Virus record (IMG/VR): IMGVR_UViG_3300032265_001108
Location: 1 to 63,416 of that record
Direction: 5' to 3' (one strand)
Origin: a virus
Taxonomy: Duplodnaviria > Caudoviricetes
DNA: 63,416 nucleotides
Under the pieces are notes generated by a model. It did not search any database. It was not told the DNA's origin and saw only the letters and a program-made list of their open reading frames with translations. This document shows positions 34,601 to 44,203 of this stretch, piece after piece (position 1 is the first letter of the stretch; each line of letters starts with the position of its first letter). The position numbers and the translations under genes are program-made.

Positions 34601-35101
34601 ACCTCCAGTAAGTGCAGTATTAAAAATAGTGGTAAATTGATTATACCAATTGGTATTTGTAGGGTCGTTCCATGCAATTGATATGTTAGCAAGATTAGTA
34701 CCATTGGAATCAATTACATTATCTGTAGTTGATATTGCAGTAACTTTTAGTAATCCGTTAGCAGGTACATTACGAGTCGGAACATAGCTGATCAGCTGTG
34801 CCAAGCGAAGAATACTATCACGACGCTGTGCGGTTTCCAAGAAGTTTTCACGAGCGTTTAGATCGATACGGAAACTTAGATTTTGTCCAAGAAAGGCAAT
34901 TAGATCAACTAGGGCAATGTATTCACTACTGTCGATAAAATCGTTAAAATCTTCAGGGTAATTAGTCTGAAGATAAGTGATCATTACGCGGCGAAGAGTT
35001 TCAAAGTCATAGCTTTGAAAATCTGCATTTGGAAAAGATTGATAGATCTTTTTCCAATCTTCTGCAACTAGTAGTTTTGATTTTGTTGATGGAATTGTCA
35101 T
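31640..35101 (-). CDS. Baseplate wedge protein (T4 gp6-like)
   Basis: DFETLR..MI.YL...DF..SS...L.D..A...ENFLETA..R.S...LA; QNRMVTGEDY. Confidence 0.85.
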   Translation of the reverse strand: MTIPSTKSKLLVAEDWKKIYQSFPNADFQSYDFETLRRVMITYLQTNYPEDFNDFIDSSEYIALVDLIAFLGQNLSFRIDLNARENFLETAQRRDSILRLAQLISYVPTRNVPANGLLKVTAISTTDNVIDSNGTNLANISIAWNDPTNTNWYNQFTTIFNTALTGGSVFGKPNDRNTINGILSEQYKLNSANTDVPVYSFLKNINGTSMNFEIVSASFSGKSSIYEEAPFPGNQFALIYQNDNQGSGSANTGFFCHFRQGALGLSNFNISAPVPNEIIGVNTPNINDTDVWLWHLDSKGSYSKLWNKVPSVTGNNIIYNSLGNGVRDVYSISSRDQDQIDLNFADGNFGNLPSGNYSLFYRQSNGLTYTIKPDQMSGITIEIPYTNKLNQSHSLRLTLSLQYTVNNSASTESNASIQNKAPQAFYSQNRMVTGEDYNIVPLTISSDILKVKSINRISSGLSKYFDLNDVSGKYSSTNIFAKDGIVYKRDQEQSFNFGIVNKNQVYSVIKQQVGPLISSNAMRSFYFDQYSRPSLDGLGYSWVLVNKTAGQSRGYFVYNNVSPSPVGNFSSNNLQYVMPGALVKFLPPAGSYFDKNNLIKKIPVSKIIPANGQSYIWSTVIQVIGDGSNTGQGKLDDGTGPVIFSDIIDQAAIPSEIIPLFVSSYSYSFETNLVNLCINQRNFGLAFSQLTRTWTIIQDVDLDLINPFSLAYQGNLSGANLDSSWLIAFTWTGVDYKVRYRFTNYIFESVKETAFFVENTNKNYDFTTDSVVRDTITVLSINPTSTSTSLALGLDYEWQVDGSIVEQDGYVDPTKVKISFYDYNNSGQVHDPDTFDVIVSPASTSTVTYFQDKFVYFEKLTDGLRYQLADNNMFTAFPTPVEAEKYILVNPSLVAEGDLFYFYDPAYNVVNSYQPALQYTTGPWVYGENESRYFAYPGRSDLKFHYVHNSSQEYRIDPSKSNIVDIYVLTSGYDKDYRNWVSTGVGSDPLPPTSQSLDNNFSAALNPVRTISDEIIFQPVMYKPLFGAQADINLQATFKAVRNATVTISDNDIATQILSAINEFFALENWDFGQSFHFSELSTYVMNLLSPNITNFIIVPRSTNSSFGSLYEVACQSNEIFISCAHISDIQVISAITASQIKTTATIVTSSGS

Positions 35102-35146
35102 ATTTTTATTCTATACCGTATTTATTGCTAGGATAAACTTGGTATA

Positions 35147-35584
35147 TTATTGTACACTTAGGCCAACTTCTTGATCAAAAGTTAATTTCAAGTTCGAAGA
35201 CTGGTTTGTGCCGTTTAATAACAAAGTTAATTCTAGTAGATAGCCCTTTTCATATTCTGTTAAATCCATTTGAATAGGAGTTACTCTTGGATCAAATGTG
35301 CAAATGGCTTTAATATCATCAATAAGAATTTGACGCACTTCGTCTGTCATCGGTTCCATCATTAGGTCCCATATGACACTACCAAATTCGGGATGCATTA
35401 CTCTACTACCTTTTCTAGTATTAAAATGATTTATGATATCTTGTTGTATCAATTGAAAATCATAAAGACGAGATCCTGAATTAGAACTTCCCAAAGAACT
35501 AAATCCTTTATAGAAATGGCTGGTCTTTGGAGACTGCTGAGCTACCACAGATGCGTTAGAAAGTTCAATGTTTTTGTATGGCAT
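35147..35584 (-). CDS. Baseplate protein (T4 gp25-like)
   Basis: I.N.F.TRKGSRVMHPEFGS.I...L.EP...FDPRV. Confidence 0.85.
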   Translation of the reverse strand: MPYKNIELSNASVVAQQSPKTSHFYKGFSSLGSSNSGSRLYDFQLIQQDIINHFNTRKGSRVMHPEFGSVIWDLMMEPMTDEVRQILIDDIKAICTFDPRVTPIQMDLTEYEKGYLLELTLLLNGTNQSSNLKLTFDQEVGLSVQ

Positions 35585-35591
35585 AATGTAT

Positions 35592-37694
35592 TTATGGTCC
35601 TGTTTTTATTGGGTTTCCCGAGCCATCAACTACGATACCTCCGCTTCCTGATCCTAGATAACCGGCAGGTTGTATTCCGTTTGCACTAAACTTAGCAAGG
35701 TATTCGTCAAAATACTTTTGTCTATTGGCTAGACCGTTTATGCCACCGTTGACAATTTTAGTAACCGCTACTACATCGCCCCAATTAACGCTCTTAGTGC
35801 GACCAGCTTTATAAACATTAAAGAACCAAAGAACACTCTTCGCCGCTAATTCTAATTGTTCAACTAATTCGGGCTGATTGACAAGATCCCTTTCAAAGTA
35901 CTTGCTCATAGATGCGTAATTATCTTTGCCAGTGCATTGAATAAATCCTCGACCTTTATATTTTACACCATCGCCTGGGCTAGTATTTCCAAGATCTTTA
36001 CGACCTTCATACTCTGCACCACTGGCTAGCTCTTTGAGATATATAAACCCGCCGCTTTCTTGTTTACATTGCGCCATCCAGGCAGCAAGTTTAGTAGGAT
36101 CAGTTATACCGTTACCAACTAAAACACCTTGTAGATACGCTTCGTTCGAAGATGCTCCTTTTGAAGCAGGTAGCGCAACAGGATTATTGTTTACCGGAGC
36201 AGTTCCGCCTGGGGCAGTGGGACTAGATTTTGCATCCGATGGTTGATTAACCTGTACATCAGTATTAGCTGTTGAAAATTGTTGTGGGTTAACACTTTCA
36301 TGATGGTCCCAAGGTTCATGTGTCGGAACTCTTTGCATTATACTAACAATGTCTCCGCTTTTAAAGAAGTTTCCGTTAGCCCATCCCGAACCAGTACTTC
36401 TATTAGGCAATGTAAATTTTTCGAGTGGAGTCGGAGTATCTGGAGAGGAGGCAGGTGTTGCGGCAGCTCCGTTGACATCAACTCGACTACCTGCAACAGC
36501 AATATTACCACTAGATCCTACACTTAGTTTTCCGCTAGAGGTAATACGCATTTCTCCGGCACTACTTTGGTTAAAAGATCCTCCGGATTGTATTTTAAGA
36601 TCGGCTCCGGCAAGTAAGTTAAATTCTCCTACATAACTTTGTTTGCTGGCTCCGCCGGACAATATATTGTAAGCATTAGTCACATTGGTATTCATATTGT
36701 TATTAACACCAATGTTAAGGTTTCTACCAGCCTCGATGTTAATATCTCTGTCAGCGCGAAAGTTAAAATCTGCTTCGCTATGAATACTTACAGAGTCTGT
36801 AGCATAGATATCTATCTTTCCCTGTGCAGTCATTTCTATCCATGTTGTACCTGCGGCATTGGCAATATAGATAAGATCGTTTGTGTTATGCATCAATATT
36901 TGATGCCCTGTTCTTGTGCGGATACGAACTAGTTCGTTCTGACCGTTTTCGTCCCCGTCATCCATCACGAAAGTAGTTCCGCCTAATCGACTAACCGGTA
37001 CTTGTCTTTTTACTGCATAGCCTATTTCACCTTTTTTAGCACCGGGACTTTTATCTAATGGACCAGGAGTACTAATACCAAATACGCTAGATGGGTGTTC
37101 TCTTCTAGCACTACTTGATGTAACACCCCGTATATTATCTAGTAATAATCCCTGCGCTAATAATCTATCAGCAAAAGGATGTACTGGTTTAGGGCGTTTG
37201 CTAACATCAGGATTGTCTAATTTGTTACTGGCTTTGTGAAATTCTGCAACAGGTAGAAAATCAGTTCCATATTTTTGCCGTTGTTCATTTGTTATGTTAG
37301 ATTGTTTGCTAGCCGCAATACCCGGAACCATGTGATTCTGAAAAGCATCTTGTACACAACCAAACCAGTAGCCTTGATTAGGATCTCCGTCAACAAAGAT
37401 AACCATAACCACTGTTCCAATATCCGGAGGTACCATCCAGAATCCGTAACTTTTTTGCACATCGTTAAAGTCACTACTGTTGTTACCCTCAAATCGTACA
37501 GAGGTTGATCCGGAAAAGGGGCTTAGATATTTTACAACAAATGTTTCATTTTGAACATCTTTTGCATTTGGTATACCTTTTATTAGAGCAACTTCTACAG
37601 CTCCCTGAAACATAGGATCCAATAGATTGGTTATCTCGGCCAAGAAAGGACCGGGACTTGATAACTTTGCTCGTGTGCGTGTTTCAAAACCCAT
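35592..37694 (-). CDS. Baseplate central spike (gp5/VgrG-like) with C-terminal GH19-family lysozyme domain
   Basis: OB-fold region (DPMFQG...GFWMVPPDIG.VMV.F..GD), beta-helix repeats, RVPTHEPWDHHE; QESGGF...YEGRKDLGN...GDG.KYKGRGFIQ.TG..NY. Confidence 0.85.
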   Translation of the reverse strand: MGFETRTRAKLSSPGPFLAEITNLLDPMFQGAVEVALIKGIPNAKDVQNETFVVKYLSPFSGSTSVRFEGNNSSDFNDVQKSYGFWMVPPDIGTVVMVIFVDGDPNQGYWFGCVQDAFQNHMVPGIAASKQSNITNEQRQKYGTDFLPVAEFHKASNKLDNPDVSKRPKPVHPFADRLLAQGLLLDNIRGVTSSSARREHPSSVFGISTPGPLDKSPGAKKGEIGYAVKRQVPVSRLGGTTFVMDDGDENGQNELVRIRTRTGHQILMHNTNDLIYIANAAGTTWIEMTAQGKIDIYATDSVSIHSEADFNFRADRDINIEAGRNLNIGVNNNMNTNVTNAYNILSGGASKQSYVGEFNLLAGADLKIQSGGSFNQSSAGEMRITSSGKLSVGSSGNIAVAGSRVDVNGAAATPASSPDTPTPLEKFTLPNRSTGSGWANGNFFKSGDIVSIMQRVPTHEPWDHHESVNPQQFSTANTDVQVNQPSDAKSSPTAPGGTAPVNNNPVALPASKGASSNEAYLQGVLVGNGITDPTKLAAWMAQCKQESGGFIYLKELASGAEYEGRKDLGNTSPGDGVKYKGRGFIQCTGKDNYASMSKYFERDLVNQPELVEQLELAAKSVLWFFNVYKAGRTKSVNWGDVVAVTKIVNGGINGLANRQKYFDEYLAKFSANGIQPAGYLGSGSGGIVVDGSGNPIKTGP

Positions 37695-37696
37695 TT

Positions 37697-40600
37697 TTAT
37701 CCTGTCATTAAATTAGTTAAAGGGCTAGTTCCCTTTGATACGCTGCCGAACTGGCTGCTAACAGAAGAAGCTAAATTTGTAGCATTATTTAATGAGCCAT
37801 TGACTAGGCCGCTGACAGAACTTATATTTGCTTCTACTGAATTAACTGCACCTGTTACTCCTGCTAGCTGTGACTGCACTGAAGACAATTTCCCCTGTAA
37901 TAGATTTGAATCAACTCCTGGTAAATTTAATCCTAATAGTGTATTTGCAGAATTTCCTACTAATTTTTGAATCTCGCTAGTGGGCAACTGTCCGCCTGGA
38001 ATATTTGCAATACTGGACACGCCGTAGGCACTAGCTAATGCTTTTAAGCCACCTGCTTTGATGCTGGCTAGAAAGGCGGTATCCACAACTGGCTGCGGAG
38101 CTACCGCATCCGGCGCAGTAGCAGGAATGTTAGCTAGTTTATCAGCAGGGATATAATCTAACACTAACCCTCGATTTTTTGCCAGTGTCAGATCAACACC
38201 TTTAGGAATTTGATCAGCGATAGCCGTAGCTTGAGATAATATTTTACTCTTTAAATCAGCGCCGAGTCCGGCTAGTTGTGCAGGATTAAATCCTAACTTA
38301 TCAGCAACCGCAGTGGCGTCTGTAGGTATGCCTTGTGTAAAGGCTGTGACTGCGTTTCCAACATTACCAAGTTGATTTGCAGAACCTAAACTATTGGCCA
38401 AAGATGTTAGATTAGATGCAACACCAATCGATGCGGCAACTGCCGCAGGAGTACCGTTTGTAGGTAAAGCATTTTGTAGTGTATTGGAAATTTGATCCGC
38501 TGTACCTGCCGCATTTAAATTTCCAGTAGCCGACAAATTTGCTAATCCCGCTGTCTTTAATCTAATAGCAGAAGAAATTTGTTCGCCATAGACACTAGCT
38601 GCCGATGTAAGTTGACCTATACCATTCTGTACTGCGCCGCCTACTTGGGTTAATAAACTGTTAACTGTACCACCTAGACCTCCCAGTGCCGCAGTAAAAT
38701 TACTCAGGGCGCCCGGTAATCCTGGACTAGGCAGTCCTCTACCTAATAATGTCAGCGCATTAGCATCAGTTAATCTCGCAGAGGGCGCTGTAGCTAGAGT
38801 AGTATCTGTAACAAACTGGTCTGCAGGATTGGGTGCTGTAATTAATTTGTCAGCAGGATTACTCGGTTTGACACCGTCGTCGAGAATCTGTCCCGGAATT
38901 CTTAATATCTGTAGACGCTGTTTAAAGACTCCATCTTTAAACATGCTGTTTGCTTTGGTAACTCTGTATACACCGCTGAATGGAACTAGCTTAGGATCAA
39001 AATTAACACTGCCTGTTTTGGGATTAAGGTCAGTTGGATTCTTAAAATTAACAGTAATCATAACTTCGCCAAAACAGTGATCGGCTTCACCGTCTTCAGT
39101 AGCACCTCGACCTGCAGGCTTAGGTATGTAACTACCGATACCCCCTGTTGCTATATAGAAAGGATCACCTATGATTTCAATTTCACCCGACAACATGCTA
39201 GCCCTAGAATTAACGATAGCCTCGTGCATATTAATTGCCATTACTGCATAGGGATCGTCTAATACCTGTCCAGCTTTCCCGCCGCTTTGTGGTTGCACTT
39301 TCGTTGAGTCAACAGTCACCCTAGTTGTAACTACACCATTTGATGATTTTTTTCCGGCATCAATATTTTCTGCGGCTGCTTTGGCCTCGATTGCATTATC
39401 CCTCGCAGCCGAATTTCGAGAACTAGGAGTGTCGTTGTTTCCCATTGCCGCAGGTACAGCTTCAAAATACAACGAATTAAAATTCAATTTAAAATTTAAT
39501 ACATCAGTGTTCTTTCCTGTATAGATATAATTGTATTCTTTGTTACTGATTTGTTTTATTTTTGTCGCATCAATTTGTTGCGATCCATAGTTAGGAATCT
39601 TAGTATAGTGTATTTTATAAGGACTTACTACATAGGTAAACTTTTGAAAAGGTTTTTTACTAACGTCATCGATTTCAGCAAGATTTTCTACTTCTATTCT
39701 AATAAGGAAATAGTCAACAAACCCATACTCGTCTGGATACCCCGACTTACCTAGCTGTTTTAAGATATTTCTAGAATATTCACTATCACGAATCACTGAT
39801 GAAATACACTCGTGTATGTTTGCGCCTTCACTAAACTGCGCTATCGTTTCTCCGGGAACATAGGCGATTGTGGTAGCAGTCGATTGTCCCGGATCTTGAA
39901 ATCCGTAGACAGCATTGTCTCTCATTAATTCTAATATCTTGCTATTTGAAATAGCTGTACCTGCAGAATTTTCTTTAAACCCCACTGCTGGATCAAAGTC
40001 TAAAAATTTTATAGCATACTGATCATGATTTTTAGCATCTACTGGATTTTTACTAGCATCATCAGATTTAATAATCGATTTGTTTATGCCGTCAATAAAA
40101 TTTTTCAACATGCTACCTACAGTAGCACCTTGCATCTTTAGAGCTTTATTCAATACATTCGGCTGTCCAAACCCTTTGTCATTATAGGGCACACCGGTAC
40201 ATCGGTATCTAGTTCCTCTTTCTGTTATTTCGACATCTACTGCATTAAATGCAAACAAGAAATATCTTGTAGATTTTGGTACAATTTGTGGGCTCGAGAA
40301 ATTTGCCGAATCTGGATATCCTACAAACTCCATTTTTAATAAAAAACTCGCCTGTACATAAGAAGGATATCCGGCAGCAACGGCAGCTACCTGCATGGCT
40401 TCCATAAAACCATTAATACTATAAGGTTCTAAAACTTCAAAAGATATTTTATTAGGTAAAGTAGTTCCGCCCTTTTCGTCAAATCCCATTAATGTATCAA
40501 TTTCAACATTGTCTATAAACATGTCAAATCTGCCGGGACTATCTTTGTTGAAACCGTTTACTATGTCAACTCCGGTTGTATCTAGGTAGCTTACTGTGTC

Positions 40601-40909
40601 AGTTGATGTTGTTACCTTATTCTTTTCAGTTCTTGTAACATTAACTGCTACCTGTTGGGTCACTCCGGCAACATTATTGGTAATTTTAGTATTACCTTTG
40701 CCGCCGGACTGTATTATTACGAGATCACTTGCACTCTTTCTCCAGTTTTCAGGAATGTTAGCATCATTTTTACGAACTGCCGAAAGGGTAAAGTTGTAAG
40801 TGTATGATCTATATTTGTTTAAGGGATTGACAATAGATTGTTGTACAACCTGAGGGGACCCAGTTATAGCGCCGGTTGTTTTATTTTCTATGTTTGTTGA
40901 ATCGGCCAT
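37697..40909 (-). CDS. Baseplate hub/tail protein (gp27/gpD-like) with Ala/Gly/Leu-rich C-terminal extension
   Basis: EI.GDP...FSGVY.V.......F..G.F.Q.L hub motif; position upstream of the gp5-like gene. Confidence 0.65.
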   Translation of the reverse strand: MADSTNIENKTTGAITGSPQVVQQSIVNPLNKYRSYTYNFTLSAVRKNDANIPENWRKSASDLVIIQSGGKGNTKITNNVAGVTQQVAVNVTRTEKNKVTTSTDTVSYLDTTGVDIVNGFNKDSPGRFDMFIDNVEIDTLMGFDEKGGTTLPNKISFEVLEPYSINGFMEAMQVAAVAAGYPSYVQASFLLKMEFVGYPDSANFSSPQIVPKSTRYFLFAFNAVDVEITERGTRYRCTGVPYNDKGFGQPNVLNKALKMQGATVGSMLKNFIDGINKSIIKSDDASKNPVDAKNHDQYAIKFLDFDPAVGFKENSAGTAISNSKILELMRDNAVYGFQDPGQSTATTIAYVPGETIAQFSEGANIHECISSVIRDSEYSRNILKQLGKSGYPDEYGFVDYFLIRIEVENLAEIDDVSKKPFQKFTYVVSPYKIHYTKIPNYGSQQIDATKIKQISNKEYNYIYTGKNTDVLNFKLNFNSLYFEAVPAAMGNNDTPSSRNSAARDNAIEAKAAAENIDAGKKSSNGVVTTRVTVDSTKVQPQSGGKAGQVLDDPYAVMAINMHEAIVNSRASMLSGEIEIIGDPFYIATGGIGSYIPKPAGRGATEDGEADHCFGEVMITVNFKNPTDLNPKTGSVNFDPKLVPFSGVYRVTKANSMFKDGVFKQRLQILRIPGQILDDGVKPSNPADKLITAPNPADQFVTDTTLATAPSARLTDANALTLLGRGLPSPGLPGALSNFTAALGGLGGTVNSLLTQVGGAVQNGIGQLTSAASVYGEQISSAIRLKTAGLANLSATGNLNAAGTADQISNTLQNALPTNGTPAAVAASIGVASNLTSLANSLGSANQLGNVGNAVTAFTQGIPTDATAVADKLGFNPAQLAGLGADLKSKILSQATAIADQIPKGVDLTLAKNRGLVLDYIPADKLANIPATAPDAVAPQPVVDTAFLASIKAGGLKALASAYGVSSIANIPGGQLPTSEIQKLVGNSANTLLGLNLPGVDSNLLQGKLSSVQSQLAGVTGAVNSVEANISSVSGLVNGSLNNATNLASSVSSQFGSVSKGTSPLTNLMTG

Positions 40910-40910
40910 A

Positions 40911-41210
40911 TTAGTTTCCTAACGCGGCATTGATTGTGGTTAACTTTGGAAGATATATTTTTGTGCCGGCTACCATATCAAAGACGGGATCTTTAATTAT
41001 TGATTTATTTCTTACAGAAAATACCCACCATAGATTAACGTCACCATACAGGTCGTAGGCCAATAAGTCTGGTCTATTCTGATAATTGTTAGTGATCTGA
41101 AAAAGTATGTCGTCTGTCTGCACAGGAATATCTATAAAACTAACAACATCTAGATATCCCATATTCTGATTAGTCTTATGGTAAGGACTTGTTTTACTGT
41201 ATGAAGCCAT
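40911..41210 (-). CDS. Baseplate wedge protein (gp53/LysM-like)
   Basis: RPDLLAYDLYGD..LWWVF..RN..I.DP...G..IYLP. Confidence 0.8.
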   Translation of the reverse strand: MASYSKTSPYHKTNQNMGYLDVVSFIDIPVQTDDILFQITNNYQNRPDLLAYDLYGDVNLWWVFSVRNKSIIKDPVFDMVAGTKIYLPKLTTINAALGN

Positions 41211-42109
41211 TATAGGAATCCTGATTTTCTAATTGCATTATTATTCAACCATCCGTTGACTGAAACTTTTTGCTGTTCTTCTCTGCTGTATAATGGAATA
41301 CAGGTTATAGCAATAGTTGATATTGTTGGAACAGATGCTAATCCATATAAGGGTGCATACTTAGATGTTTTGTCTTTTCCTATTGTAAAGAAATCAACGC
41401 TATCGGGTAAATCATTTTTAAAACTAGTAATTGCAACAGGCACATTAGCTAGCATGAAATCTCCATAGGCATCTAATCTGCAGACTGGAGGAGGTGCTCC
41501 TCGATCTGCATCGAGGCCAAATCTCATTTTAGTTAAGGCTCTTAATAGATGTATTGTCGCTAGATAAACAGCGGCATCCTGTTCATTCTGCACAGTAAAT
41601 TTACCTGTGATGCTGAACGACCCTACACTGCTTCGTTGATAAAAATACTGAGTATAATTAGAATGCATGGGAGCTAGATTAGCATAGTCTGCTTTATGCT
41701 CATAACTAATCTGCGGAGTATAAGGAAATATGATACCACCGATCTTGTTGGCTGATAATTCTTCATTGCCGCCGACTGTGTTTTTTACTAGATAATCTGT
41801 TGGCACACGAATTTTAACTCTTAGGTCTTGATTAATAAGATTACCTTTAGAGTCTTTGACATTGACCACTGCGGCCTGGGGTTGTAGAGGCTGGGCTCCA
41901 GCCGGAACTCCTAATACTCCTCTAGCCAATTTTGTCAACGGACTAAAAAGATTAGCAACTCCGTTTTGCACACCTGCAACAAAATTATTAATGCCGCTGG
42001 CCAGTCCGGCACCCACTACACCATTTGAATTATCAATAATAGTTGCGGCGGCCATTCGAGCCGAGCTAGCTGCCGCTGTTTGATCCTGGTTAATAGGTGA
42101 GTCTGCCAT
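41210..42109 (-). CDS. Tail-tube initiator/baseplate protein (gp48/gp54-like)
   Basis: IFPYTPQI...APPPVCRLDAYG....VPVAITSF....P..VD motif; TAAATA at 42127-42132 upstream. Confidence 0.65.
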   Translation of the reverse strand: MADSPINQDQTAAASSARMAAATIIDNSNGVVGAGLASGINNFVAGVQNGVANLFSPLTKLARGVLGVPAGAQPLQPQAAVVNVKDSKGNLINQDLRVKIRVPTDYLVKNTVGGNEELSANKIGGIIFPYTPQISYEHKADYANLAPMHSNYTQYFYQRSSVGSFSITGKFTVQNEQDAAVYLATIHLLRALTKMRFGLDADRGAPPPVCRLDAYGDFMLANVPVAITSFKNDLPDSVDFFTIGKDKTSKYAPLYGLASVPTISTIAITCIPLYSREEQQKVSVNGWLNNNAIRKSGFL

Positions 42110-42165
42110 ATAGTTCCTTAGTACTGTATTTACCCGCTAAATAAAATGCGTACTTAATACCGTGG

Positions 42166-42193
42166 TTGACATAGCCAATTTTTGTGTTATACT
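42166..42193 (+). promoter_or_regulatory. Sigma70-type promoter for the late sigma gene
   Basis: TTGACA (42166-42171), 16 nt, TGn-TATACT (42188-42193). Confidence 0.65.
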
Positions 42194-42221
42194 CACTAAT
42201 AAGGAAAATAATAATAATAAG

Positions 42222-43145
42222 ATGATGATCATACCAACTACCCGAAAGGTCAAGTACTTAAACAACAGAGATTTATTAGCAGAAATACATCGTTCAAAAT
42301 GCTCGTTCTCTAGTTTTACTAAACCAGAATATATGCAGTACGATTTAATTTTGCCAGATGTTAGCAAAATAAATGTACGAACTATCGCAGAAGCTAAACG
42401 CAATAGAGCTAAAAGGATAGGGTTAATTGCATTTGGAACTGCGAGGGTTGCAGGCGATAAGAAAATTAAACTATCTGAATGTACTCCGGACTATAAAACT
42501 GTAGGTAAAACCGAAGTTGTGATTAGAGTAATGTCCTTTGACCACATTCCGCTTGCCCCCGGAAGAAAGAAAACTACCAAGACCAAAGCCGACAGCTATG
42601 AAAAAGTAAATTTTCCACCGTTTCAACATTGGAAGTATGACGACGCTGATCCTGATTCTCTAATATGTGTAGGTAAGAGTCACTGGAAAGGCCCGGTAGA
42701 TACTGGAATTTTTTCTAAAGATCATGGTCGAATTACAGAAAATCTAGGCAGGATGTACATCAAATTATCTGAACGATATGCACAGCGTAGCAACTGGCGT
42801 GGCTATACCTACATTGAAGAAATGAAGGGACAGGCTATTCTACAGCTAAGCCAAATTGGACTACAATTCGATGAATCAAAATCAGAAAATCCGTTTGCCT
42901 ACTACACCGCGGCGGTGACAAATTCGTTTACTCGTATTCTAAATATTGAAAAGAAGAGTCAAAATATTCGTGACGACCTACTTGAAGAAGCAGGGTTGAC
43001 TCCAAGTTTAACTCGTCAAAACAGTCAAGAGTATGCTGAAGAAATTGCTCGTCAAGCAGAACTATATAAGAATATGCGCATGCCCAAGAGCGAAGAAGAT
43101 CCAGAAGAAGATATAGAAGAAGAAGATAACACCAAAGAGGTTTGA
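42222..43145 (+). CDS. Late-transcription sigma factor (T4 gp55-like); probable start ATG 42222
   Basis: KYLNNRDLL, NW.GYTY.EEM, FD..KS.NPFAYYT....NSF.R....EKK; directly upstream of gp47/gp46 as in T4. Confidence 0.8.
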   Translation: MMIIPTTRKVKYLNNRDLLAEIHRSKCSFSSFTKPEYMQYDLILPDVSKINVRTIAEAKRNRAKRIGLIAFGTARVAGDKKIKLSECTPDYKTVGKTEVVIRVMSFDHIPLAPGRKKTTKTKADSYEKVNFPPFQHWKYDDADPDSLICVGKSHWKGPVDTGIFSKDHGRITENLGRMYIKLSERYAQRSNWRGYTYIEEMKGQAILQLSQIGLQFDESKSENPFAYYTAAVTNSFTRILNIEKKSQNIRDDLLEEAGLTPSLTRQNSQEYAEEIARQAELYKNMRMPKSEEDPEEDIEEEDNTKEV

Positions 43146-43170
43146 CTTTAATCATAATACCTGCTACACT
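43142..43170 (+). promoter_or_regulatory. Sigma70-type promoter for gp47/gp46
   Basis: TTGACT (43142-43147), 17 nt, TGn-TACACT (43165-43170); AGGAG SD. Confidence 0.6.
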
Positions 43171-43189
43171 TTTAATAGGAGAATAATTT

Positions 43190-44203
43190 ATGCCCTTGTT
43201 TAAAAAGGTAGCGTGTTTTACTGACATACACTTTGGTTTGAAAAGCAATTCCACAACTCATCTAAGAGATTGTGAAGAATTCGTAGATTGGTTTATTGCC
43301 TCTGCCAAAGAGCAAGGATGTGAAACTTGTATCTTTCTTGGAGATTGGAGCCATAATCGAAACAGCCTAAATTTATTTACGCTGGATTCAAGTCTTAGAT
43401 GCTTGGAAAAGCTAGGAGCTGCCTTTGAACAGTTCTTCTGGTTTCCTGGCAACCATGATCTATTTTACAAAGACAAGCGTGACATTCATTCGAGTGCGTT
43501 TGGTCGGCACATTCCAGGCGTCACTGTTGTAGACAGTATATTGACCCGGGATGATGTCACGCTTGTGCCCTGGCTGGTAGGCGATGAATGGAAAGACATT
43601 AGCAAAGTAAAGAGCAAATACATGTTTGGTCACTTTGAGTTGCCATTGTTCTATATGAACGCTATGGTACAGATGCCCGATCACGGAGAACTACAGGCCG
43701 CACACTTTAAACATCAGGACTATGTTTTCAGTGGCCACTTCCATCAACGCCAGAATAAAGATAAAATCTGGTATATCGGAAATGCGTTTCCCCATAACTT
43801 TGCGGATGCATGGGACGATAAAAGAGGCATGATGATACTAGAATGGGATGGTACTCCGGAATTTATCGATTGGCCCAATTGTCCTAAATATCGTGTTATT
43901 AAATTAAGCGACCTAATTGATCAAGAGGATTCTATCATGAAGGGCAAGATGCACCTAAAGGTTAATCTAGATATTGATATCAGCTATGAAGAAGCAAACT
44001 TTTTGAAAGAAGAGTTTACCAAGAAACATGATATCCGTGAAATAAGTCTAATCCAAGATAAAACAAATCTCGACGGATCAATAGACGATAACCCAGATGC
44101 AAAGTTTGAAAGTGTTGATCAGATCGTTACCGAACAATTGATCAGTATCGAATCTGAGCAATTTAATAAAAACATCTTACTTGAAATTTATAATAATCTC
44201 TAA
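43190..44203 (+). CDS. Mre11/SbcD-like recombination nuclease (T4 gp47)
   Basis: DIHFG, GD, GNHD, GH, SGHFH phosphoesterase motifs. Confidence 0.9.
   Translation: MPLFKKVACFTDIHFGLKSNSTTHLRDCEEFVDWFIASAKEQGCETCIFLGDWSHNRNSLNLFTLDSSLRCLEKLGAAFEQFFWFPGNHDLFYKDKRDIHSSAFGRHIPGVTVVDSILTRDDVTLVPWLVGDEWKDISKVKSKYMFGHFELPLFYMNAMVQMPDHGELQAAHFKHQDYVFSGHFHQRQNKDKIWYIGNAFPHNFADAWDDKRGMMILEWDGTPEFIDWPNCPKYRVIKLSDLIDQEDSIMKGKMHLKVNLDIDISYEEANFLKEEFTKKHDIREISLIQDKTNLDGSIDDNPDAKFESVDQIVTEQLISIESEQFNKNILLEIYNNL

Noticed and set aside
42162-42221. Track's upstream GTG start for the gp55-like gene (and TTG 49006 for the tape measure gene)
   Set aside because: These extensions overlap promoter elements. ATG 42222 and ATG 49048 have better context.
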